From NCBI GenBank assembly GCA_965220965.1, contig OZ244852.1:2112001-2176000 (forward strand): a stretch of DNA of 64,000 nucleotides, given 5' to 3'. The notes beneath the pieces are model-generated. The model ran no database searches, had not been told where the DNA came from, and saw only the letters and a program-made list of their open reading frames with translations. Shown here in pieces: positions 1-7,200 of this stretch (the stretch's first letter is position 1; each line of letters starts with the position of its first letter). The stretch is from Candidatus Marinacidobacterium sp. GTDB lineage: Bacteria; Acidobacteriota; Vicinamibacteria; Marinacidobacterales; Marinacidobacteraceae. A program made the position numbers and the translations under genes.

Positions 1-396
1 GCAGTGGAGACGGGGCTCGCCGAGCTCGGGAAGCGAATCGACCGCCAGGGCGCCGAAATCCGAGGGCGCAGCGACAGCCAGTTCGCCGAACTCCGAGGGT
101 ATATCGACAGTCAGGTTTCCGAGCTCCGGGGGCACATCGACAGCCGGGTCAGCGATCTCAGAGGGCAAATCGAAAACCACAGAGCCGAGACCCGCGCCGA
201 TCGGAACGCCATCGTCGCCACCCTGAGCGAGCTCTGCGCGCGGATGGATCGCATGGAGGCGGCGTCGGCCGCCGAGAAGGAGCAGCGGGACCGGCGGTGG
301 CGCGTGATCGCGTGGCTCGTTCCGGCGCTGATCGGGATCTTCGGGGTGGGGCTTGCTGTGTTCGGGCAGTTCCTCCTGCAACGCCTCGCCGGCTGA
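1..396 (+). CDS. Membrane-anchored coiled-coil protein, array copy 1 (5' partial)
   Basis: 11-aa repeats (LRGYIDSQVSE-like) and a C-terminal hydrophobic anchor (WRVIAWLVPALIGIFGVGLAVFGQFLL); near-identical to parts of 657-1163 and 1876-2568. Confidence 0.8.
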   Translation, partial: AVETGLAELGKRIDRQGAEIRGRSDSQFAELRGYIDSQVSELRGHIDSRVSDLRGQIENHRAETRADRNAIVATLSELCARMDRMEAASAAEKEQRDRRWRVIAWLVPALIGIFGVGLAVFGQFLLQRLAG

Positions 397-594
397 CGGC
401 CCCGGGCCGCCGTCTCCCGGCGGCGGCCCGAGAAACTGACAAAGCGCCGCCGGGTGGCAGGTTTCCGGCGACTTTGCGTCTTGCACCTTCCGGAGAGCCC
501 GGCCCCCGCCCTGACACTCAGGTCGGACTGGCGGGCTCCGGGAGGATCCGCATGGACACGAAGAAGCCCACGGCCGCTGCCCAAGGCGCGCCGG

Positions 595-623
595 TTGCCG
601 TCGCGCAGGCACGTCCCTACACT
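595..623 (+). promoter_or_regulatory. Putative sigma70 promoter of array copy 2
   Basis: TTGCCG-17bp-TACACT; conserved as TTGCCA-17bp-TACACT at 1614-1642. Confidence 0.5.
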
Positions 624-656
624 GGAGGTGAGCCTCCGGCGCTCGTTCGACCCCCG

Positions 657-1163
657 ATGACCTCACACCCAAAGAAGCCGGAGCAGTCCTCGCCGACCCC
701 GGCGCGGGCGCTTACCGAGGCTCCCGTTCCGCAGGACGGGCTCGGTCTGTGGCTCTACAGCGCGCTGGATTCCCAGCGGCTCGAAGCCCGCGAGGAGCGT
801 CGGGACATGGAGGGGCGACTGAACGAGCGCTTCTGGGAACTCGGCGGCAAGGTCTCCTCCGTCGATCGCCGGCTCTCCGCCGTCGAACGCCAGGGGGCCG
901 CGGTGGAAGGCCGGCTCTCCGCCGTTGAGACTGGGCTCGCCGAACACCGGGCCGAGACCCGGGAGGAGTTCAAGGCGGTCAACGCCACCCTGAGCGAACT
1001 CTGCGCACGCCTCGATCGCATGGAGGCCGCCTCGGCCGCCGAGAAGGAGCAGCGGGACCGGCGGTGGCGCGTGATCGCGTGGCTCGTTCCGGCCCTGATC
1101 GGGATCTTCGGTGTGGGGCTCGCTGTGTTCGGACATTTCCTGCTCCAACGCCTCGCCGGCTGA
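657..1163 (+). CDS. Membrane-anchored coiled-coil protein, array copy 2 (no 11-aa repeats; alternative in-frame start 552 with GGAGG RBS)
   Basis: N-terminal ~96 aa almost identical to copy 3; C-terminal anchor almost identical to copy 1. Confidence 0.8.
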   Translation: MTSHPKKPEQSSPTPARALTEAPVPQDGLGLWLYSALDSQRLEAREERRDMEGRLNERFWELGGKVSSVDRRLSAVERQGAAVEGRLSAVETGLAEHRAETREEFKAVNATLSELCARLDRMEAASAAEKEQRDRRWRVIAWLVPALIGIFGVGLAVFGHFLLQRLAG

Positions 1164-1300
1164 AGGCTCCGGGCCACCGTCTCCCGGCGACGGCCCGAGA
1201 AACTGACAACGCGGCGCCGGGTGACAGGTTTCCGGCGCCTTTGCGTCCTGCACCTTCTGGAGAGCCCAGCCCCCGCCCTGACGCTCAGGTCCGGCGTTAG

Positions 1301-1549
1301 CAACCTGTTGACGAAGTCACGCGGCCCGGTTCTCCCGGTAGGGGCTCGAGCGGCGATCGCCCCCACCGGGAGGACTGGCCCCGCCCGAACCGCGCCCCTT
1401 CGGGGCGCTCATCGTTGCGTTTCATTCGGCATCCCGATGCCGGTTCTCCCGGTAGGGGCCCTCCCTCACGCGCCTTGTCGGCCGGGCGCCTCACCGCCAG
1501 TTCTCCCGGTGGGGGCCTCGGCGCTGCACGGGACTTCATCAACAGGCTG
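1301..1549 (+). mobile_element. MITE-like palindromic element, copy 1 (249 bp, four internal modules)
   Basis: Ends caacctgttgacgaagtc / gacttcatcaacaggctg; absent from the homologous spacer of the preceding unit (~520-545). Confidence 0.85.
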
Positions 1550-1613
1550 CCGGCTCCCGGGAGCACCCGCATGGACACGAAGAAGCCCACAGCCGTTGCC
1601 CAGGGCGCGCCGG

Positions 1614-1642
1614 TTGCCACCGCACAGGCCCGGCCCTACACT
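1614..1642 (+). promoter_or_regulatory. Putative sigma70 promoter of array copy 3
   Basis: TTGCCA-17bp-TACACT, homologous to 595-623. Confidence 0.5.
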
Positions 1643-1651
1643 GGGGTCAAA

Positions 1652-1846
1652 CAGCCCGTTGACAAAGTCCCGCGGCGTTCGAGCGGCGATGCATCCCGCC
1701 CGAACCGCACCCCTTTGGGGCGCTCATCGTTGCGTTTCATTCGGCATCCCGATGCCGGTTCTCCCGGTAGGGGCCCTCGCTCACGCGCCTTGTCGGCCGG
1801 GCGCCTCACCGCTCTCGGCGCTGCACGCGACTTTATCAACGGACTG
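1652..1846 (+). mobile_element. MITE-like element, copy 2 (195 bp, one module)
   Basis: Ends cagcccgttgacaaagtc / gactttatcaacggactg; followed by TTAA; empty site at ~624-635. Confidence 0.85.
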
Positions 1847-1875
1847 TTAAGCCGCCCGCGCCGGTTCGACCCCCG

Positions 1876-2568
1876 ATGACCTCATCCCCGAAGAAGCCGG
1901 AGCAGTCGTCGCCGACCCCGGCGCGGGCGCTTGCCGAGGCCCCGGTTCCACAGGATGGGCTGGGTCTGTGGCTCTACAGCGCGCTGGATTCCCAGCGGCT
2001 CGAAGCCCGCGAGGAGCGTCGGGACATGGAGGGGCGACTGAACGAGCGCTTCTCGGAACTCGGCGGCAAGGTCTCCTCCGTCGATCGCCGGCTCTCCGCC
2101 GTCGAACGCCAGGGGGCCGCGGTGGAAGGCCGGCTCTCCGCGGTGGAGACCGGGCTCGCCGAGCTTGGGAAGCGACTCGACAACCAGGGCGTCGAACTCC
2201 GAGGGCGCAGCGACAACCAGTTCGCCGAGCTTCGGGGTTACATCGACAGCCAGGTTTCCGAGCTCCGGGGTCACATCGACAGCCAGGTTTCCGAGCTCCG
2301 AGGTCACATTGACAGCCAGGTCTCCGAGCTCCGAAGTTACGTCGACAGCCAGATCGCCGAACTCAGGGCCGAGACCCGGGAAGGGTTCAAGGCGGTCAAC
2401 GCCACCCTCAGCCAGATCTGCGCGAGGCTCGACCGCATGGAGGCGGCCTCGGCCGCCCGGGAGGAGCAACGGGAGCAGCGGCGACGCCTGCGCGCCTGGC
2501 TCGGTTCCGCGCTGATCGGCCTCCTCGGCGCGGGGCTCGTCGTACTGGGGCAGTTCCTGCTCCAGTGA
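1876..2568 (+). CDS. Membrane-anchored coiled-coil protein, array copy 3 (six 11-aa repeats)
   Basis: Tandem 33-bp repeats ~2164-2361 (QVSELRGHIDS); divergent C-terminal TM anchor. Confidence 0.85.
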   Translation: MTSSPKKPEQSSPTPARALAEAPVPQDGLGLWLYSALDSQRLEAREERRDMEGRLNERFSELGGKVSSVDRRLSAVERQGAAVEGRLSAVETGLAELGKRLDNQGVELRGRSDNQFAELRGYIDSQVSELRGHIDSQVSELRGHIDSQVSELRSYVDSQIAELRAETREGFKAVNATLSQICARLDRMEAASAAREEQREQRRRLRAWLGSALIGLLGAGLVVLGQFLLQ

Positions 2569-2666
2569 CCGGGGCGCCGTAGGCCCGGGCCCCGAGGCCC
2601 ACCCCGCCACCACGCCGCCCGGCGGGAGCGGCGGCCCGCGGTCGTGCGGCGACGCCGCGCGGGGCC

Positions 2667-3599
2667 TCAGCGGGACGGGACGTCCACTTCGCCGCGGATG
2701 TCCCCGTAGCGGATCCGCGAGCGCTTCGTCCCGCGAACTGTGAGCCCTCCCTCGACATCGCGGACCTCGACGCCGCCGGAGCCGGCGTCCTCGATCCGGA
2801 CCTCGCCACCGACTCCCTCGATCCCGATGCTCCCCGAGCCATCCTCTCCGACGAGCACGCTCCCGCCAACGACGCGGACGCGAACGCTCCCGCCCCGATC
2901 TTCGAGGCGCACATCGCCCCCCACGTCGGCGATGCGGACGCTTCCGGACCCGTCGTCAACGGTCACGCTGCCCTCCACCCCCTCGATCCGGAGGCCTCCC
3001 GAACCGTCCTCCACGGTCACATCGCCGGCGATCTGGCGGATCTCGAGGCTCCCCGAACCGTCCCGCACCTGCGCCTCCGCGGCCCGCTCGATCGTCAGCG
3101 ACCCGGACCCGTCCTCGATGTCCACCGCCCCGACATCGGAGATCCGGACGGAGCCGGAACGGTCCTCCAGCCGGATCGCCGAGACGGCCGGAACACGGAC
3201 ATCGAGGTCGATCCGGGCGTAGTCCCGGTCCCACCAGCCGCCGTTCCGCTCGGGGACACGCGCCTCCAGCCGTCCGGATTCCAGCGTCACCGACAGATCT
3301 TCCAGGATCGCCTGGCTCGACGCGCACAGCGTCGCGGTCACGAGCACCTCATCCAGGTCCGCCTCGCCCCGGATCGCGACCGCCCCCGGGCCGCTCCGCA
3401 CGAAGAGCGAGTCCGTCGCCGACTCCGAGAGACTCACGGTGTCCGTGGATTCGCAGCGGTCGCCGTCATAGGCGAGCGCCGTCCAGCCCGGCCCGTCTCC
3501 GTCGATGTGGACGACGCAGCCCGACGCCAGCGCCGCGCCGATCGCCAGAACCCCTCCCCGAACCCATCGGCCTGTCCCGTTTCCCGTGCTCGCTGTCAT
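2667..3599 (-). CDS. DUF4097-like beta-strand repeat lipoprotein
   Basis: Lipobox LASGC; repeated DGSGS-x-I motifs. Confidence 0.8.
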   Translation of the reverse strand: MTASTGNGTGRWVRGGVLAIGAALASGCVVHIDGDGPGWTALAYDGDRCESTDTVSLSESATDSLFVRSGPGAVAIRGEADLDEVLVTATLCASSQAILEDLSVTLESGRLEARVPERNGGWWDRDYARIDLDVRVPAVSAIRLEDRSGSVRISDVGAVDIEDGSGSLTIERAAEAQVRDGSGSLEIRQIAGDVTVEDGSGGLRIEGVEGSVTVDDGSGSVRIADVGGDVRLEDRGGSVRVRVVGGSVLVGEDGSGSIGIEGVGGEVRIEDAGSGGVEVRDVEGGLTVRGTKRSRIRYGDIRGEVDVPSR

Positions 3600-3725
3600 C
3601 GTGGTCCTCCAGGGGCCTCACCGCGCCAGCGGCGCTCGTCGCCCCTCCCACACAAACGACATCCCGGCGTCCACGGTTCCGGGACGGGGAGCATCCTCCC
3701 GTCTCCTTCCTATACTCAGAGCGTC

Positions 3726-5417
3726 TTGAACGCCCCGCCAAGGACCGCGCTCCGCCTCGCGGCGGCCTTCACGCTCGCGTTCCCCGCCGCCGCCGCCGCG
3801 CAGGGCTTCACCGACGTGACGGAAGAGGCCGGGATCCGCTTCGTCCACGACGCCGGAGATCAGGGCGATCTCTCCCTCCCCGAGATCACCGGGGCGGGCG
3901 GGGGATTCTTCGACGCCGACGGCGACGGCGATCTGGACATCTACCTGCTCCAGGGCGGACGACCCACCGACCCGCCGGGTCCCCGGCCGGGGGCCCCCGG
4001 AAACGCGCTCTATCTCCAGGGCCCGCCGGGCCGGTTCACCGACGCGAGCGAGGCCTCGGGAACGGCGGACACCGGCTACGGCATGGGGCTCGCCGCCGCC
4101 GACATCGATGGGGACGGGCTGACCGACCTGTTCGTCACGAACTACGGACCGGACCGCCTCTACCGGAGCCTCGGCGACGGACGCTTCGAGGACCACACCG
4201 ACGCGGCGGGGGTCGCCGGCGAAGGCTGGTCTTCCTCCGCGGCGTTTTGCGACTACGACGCCGACGGCCGCCTCGACCTGTACGTGGCGCGCTACGTCCG
4301 GAACGACCCGGCGAAGGCCTGCACCCAGCAGGACGGGACGCGCGACTACTGCAGCCCGCAGGTCTTCCCCGGCGTCCACGACTACCTCTACCGGAATCTC
4401 GGCGGCGGGCGCTTCGAGGAGGTTTCGCTCGCCGCCGGCCTGCGCGCGGTCCACGCCCCCGGGCTCGGGGTGGTGTGCTCCGACTTCGACGGGGACGGCC
4501 GGCTCGACTTCTACGTCGCGAACGACGGGGAGGCGAACCAGCTCTGGCTGAACCAGGGCGACGGAACGTTCGTCGACGACGCCTTCCTCGCCGGGGTGGC
4601 GCTGAACGACGCCGGCCGACCCGAAGCCGGCATGGGGATCGCGCTGGGAGATCTCGACGGAGACCTCGATCTCGACCTCTTCATCACCCACGTCGCCGAC
4701 GAGACGAACACGCTCTACCGGAGCGACGGCGGGGGCATGGGCCTGACGTTCGCCGACCGGACCGGCCCCTCCGGCCTCGGTCCCCCGAGCATGGCGATGA
4801 CCGGATTCGGGGTGGCGTTCATCGATCTGGATCTGGATGGCGCCCTCGATCTGGTGGTCGCGAACGGGCGCGTCCAGCGGAAACCGGCCCTCCCCGGCGC
4901 CCTCGGGGACGCGTTCTGGCGCGACTTCGGCGAGCCGAACCAGATCTTCCACAACGCCGGCGTCGACGCCGGCGACGCGCGATTCACCGATATCGATTCC
5001 GCGGAGGACTTCGCGGCCCTGATCGAGGTCAGCCGCGGGCTGGCGATGGCCGACTACGACGAGGACGGCGACCTCGACCTGCTGGTGGCGAACGCCGAGG
5101 GGCCGGCCCGGCTCTTCCGCAACGACTTCGAGCGCGCCGGACGACCCCTCCGGGTCACACCAGTCGACGACGCGGGTCGACCGGCATTCCCCACCCGGAT
5201 CACCGTGACGCTGTCGAACGGCCGCGAGGTGGTGCGCCTCGCCGACCCGGGCGGCAGCTACCTCGCGGCGAACGACGCGAGAGCCTTCTTCGCGGTCCCC
5301 GAAGGCGCCGAAGTAACCGGCCTCGCGGCCCTCTGGCCCGACGGATCGCGGGAGGAGTTTCCCGGAACCGACGAGGACGCGGTCACCCTGCGCCAGGGCG
5401 ACGGAGGGCCACGATAG
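3726..5417 (+). CDS. CRTAC1 family protein (FG-GAP repeats + ASPIC/UnbV)
   Basis: DxDGDGDLD repeats, AGMG, SRGLA and GGSYLA motifs; signal peptide after TTG 3726. Confidence 0.9.
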   Translation: MNAPPRTALRLAAAFTLAFPAAAAAQGFTDVTEEAGIRFVHDAGDQGDLSLPEITGAGGGFFDADGDGDLDIYLLQGGRPTDPPGPRPGAPGNALYLQGPPGRFTDASEASGTADTGYGMGLAAADIDGDGLTDLFVTNYGPDRLYRSLGDGRFEDHTDAAGVAGEGWSSSAAFCDYDADGRLDLYVARYVRNDPAKACTQQDGTRDYCSPQVFPGVHDYLYRNLGGGRFEEVSLAAGLRAVHAPGLGVVCSDFDGDGRLDFYVANDGEANQLWLNQGDGTFVDDAFLAGVALNDAGRPEAGMGIALGDLDGDLDLDLFITHVADETNTLYRSDGGGMGLTFADRTGPSGLGPPSMAMTGFGVAFIDLDLDGALDLVVANGRVQRKPALPGALGDAFWRDFGEPNQIFHNAGVDAGDARFTDIDSAEDFAALIEVSRGLAMADYDEDGDLDLLVANAEGPARLFRNDFERAGRPLRVTPVDDAGRPAFPTRITVTLSNGREVVRLADPGGSYLAANDARAFFAVPEGAEVTGLAALWPDGSREEFPGTDEDAVTLRQGDGGPR

Positions 5418-5418
5418 G

Positions 5419-6972
5419 GTGATGGCCCGCTCCCGCCGGTCCCGCTCCCCTCGCCGCTCCCCTCCCCCGGCTCAACGGCCAACAAACCGGACCGCCCGGC
5501 CCGCGCCCGACCCCACCCGGCCGCCGAAGGAGGCGCCGGAGCGTTCCGCGGCCGCGCAGATCGTCGTCGCGGTCCTCGCCGTCGCCCTGGTGGTGGGGGC
5601 GGTGGTTCTGGTCCCCCGGATCCTCGCGCCCGACCTCCCGGATCCGCCGGACCCGGATCTATCCGGCGCCGAGGCCGGAGTGGCCGAAGCGGTCCGTGAC
5701 GCCCGCGAGGCGCTGCTGGACGACCTCGACTCCGCCGATCGGTGGTCAACCTACGGCGCCACGCTCCTCGTCCACGAGCTCCATGAAGAGGCGGCGACCG
5801 CCTATCGCGCGGCGGCCGCCCTCGACGACGAGGACTTCCGCTTTCCGTATCTGGAGGCCCGCGCGCTCTTCACGGTAGACCGGGAAGCGGCTGAAGCCGC
5901 GGCCCTCCGCGCCGCCGGACAGAACCCGACCTACGCGCCGGCGCACCTGCTGGCGGGCCAGCTCGCCGAGGACCGGGGCGATCCGGAGGCGGCGAAGGAG
6001 CGCTACCGGGCGGTCCTCGACCAGCCGGCCCGTCCGGCGCCGGCGAACGAGGCCGCCGCCCGTTTCCGGCTGGGACGCCTGCTCGCCGGCGAGGACAACC
6101 TGACCGAGGCGCTTCCGCTGCTGGAGCGGGCGGAAGCCCTCGCTCCCGACTCCGGAGCCATCGTCGCGGCGCTCGCCCGGGTCTACCGCCGCGCCGGGGA
6201 CGGCGAGCGCGCCCGCGCGGCGGCGGAGCGGGCGCGCGGTCTGGAGCACGACCTGCTCATCTCGGACCCGCTGATGGACCAGGTGAACGCGCTCGCCCGG
6301 TCGGTCGTGGGGATGGAGCGGCGGGCCTTCGCCGCCGAAGCCGCCGGCCGCCCCCAGGTCGCGGAGCGCCTGCTGCGCGAGATGATCGAGGCGCGCCCGG
6401 GCGCCGCCGACCTCTACTACAACCTGGGGAACAACCTCTCCCGTCAGGGCCGCAACGACGAGGCGCTCGAAGCGTGGGCCAACGCCCTCGACCGGAACCC
6501 GGACCACGTCTCGGCGCTCGTGAACTCGAGCATCGTCCTCGCCCAGTCCGGGGAACTCGCCGAAGCCGAGCGGCGCTGCCGCCGGGTCCTCGACATCCAG
6601 CCGCGCCATCCGGGCGCGCTCTCGAGCCTCGGCAGCATCGCCGCGCTCGCCGGGCGGCGCGCAGAGGCGCTCCGCTGGTTCGAACAGGCGCTCGAAGAGG
6701 AGCCCGAACGCGCCGGAACCCACGACTCGATCGCCCAGGTGCTCGCGTCCGAGCGCCGGTTCGCCGAGGCGATCCGCCACTTCCGCATCGCGGTCGGCAA
6801 GGAGCCCTTCCGCGCCGACTACCGCCTCGGGCTCGCCGCCTCGCTCGCCTCCACCGGCGACTTCGAGGGCGCCTGGGAGACCGCCCGCGAGGGCGAACGC
6901 CTCGGCGCCCCGCTCCCCGAGGACTTCCTCGGCATGCTCCGCCGAGCGCTCCCGGAGCCGGCGCCCCGGTGA
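5419..6972 (+). CDS. Tetratricopeptide repeat protein with N-terminal membrane anchor
   Basis: TPR-like helices (YYNLGNNL, ALSSLG); directly follows CRTAC1 gene. Confidence 0.85.
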   Translation: MMARSRRSRSPRRSPPPAQRPTNRTARPAPDPTRPPKEAPERSAAAQIVVAVLAVALVVGAVVLVPRILAPDLPDPPDPDLSGAEAGVAEAVRDAREALLDDLDSADRWSTYGATLLVHELHEEAATAYRAAAALDDEDFRFPYLEARALFTVDREAAEAAALRAAGQNPTYAPAHLLAGQLAEDRGDPEAAKERYRAVLDQPARPAPANEAAARFRLGRLLAGEDNLTEALPLLERAEALAPDSGAIVAALARVYRRAGDGERARAAAERARGLEHDLLISDPLMDQVNALARSVVGMERRAFAAEAAGRPQVAERLLREMIEARPGAADLYYNLGNNLSRQGRNDEALEAWANALDRNPDHVSALVNSSIVLAQSGELAEAERRCRRVLDIQPRHPGALSSLGSIAALAGRRAEALRWFEQALEEEPERAGTHDSIAQVLASERRFAEAIRHFRIAVGKEPFRADYRLGLAASLASTGDFEGAWETAREGERLGAPLPEDFLGMLRRALPEPAPR

Positions 6973-7200
6973 GCGCAACGGCGCCCCCGACATTCCGGCG
7001 GGCTCCGCCAGTTGGACACCGGCCGACCGGTCCGCATAAGATCGCTTCAATGTCTTGGATATTCGCTCCGGACGCATGGGGACGGGTCACGCGTCGGAGC
7101 CAGTAAGTCATTGACAGAGAGGACTTTGTATCCGGCGCTGAGCCGGGTACGGCGGTTGCTGCTTCGGCTTCCCGCCATGTATTCCCGCGAAGGAGGGACC

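Noticed and set aside
1221-1850. ORFs through the elements (also 35462-35794, 51989-53164) as transposases
   Set aside because: No DDE or HUH motifs; they are read-throughs of a short GC-rich repeat
2164-2361. 33-bp tandem repeats as a CRISPR array
   Set aside because: Repeats are contiguous, in frame and coding; no unique spacers and no cas genes
1-2568. Diversity-generating retroelement template/variable repeats
   Set aside because: No reverse transcriptase in the window, and the differences are not adenine-specific
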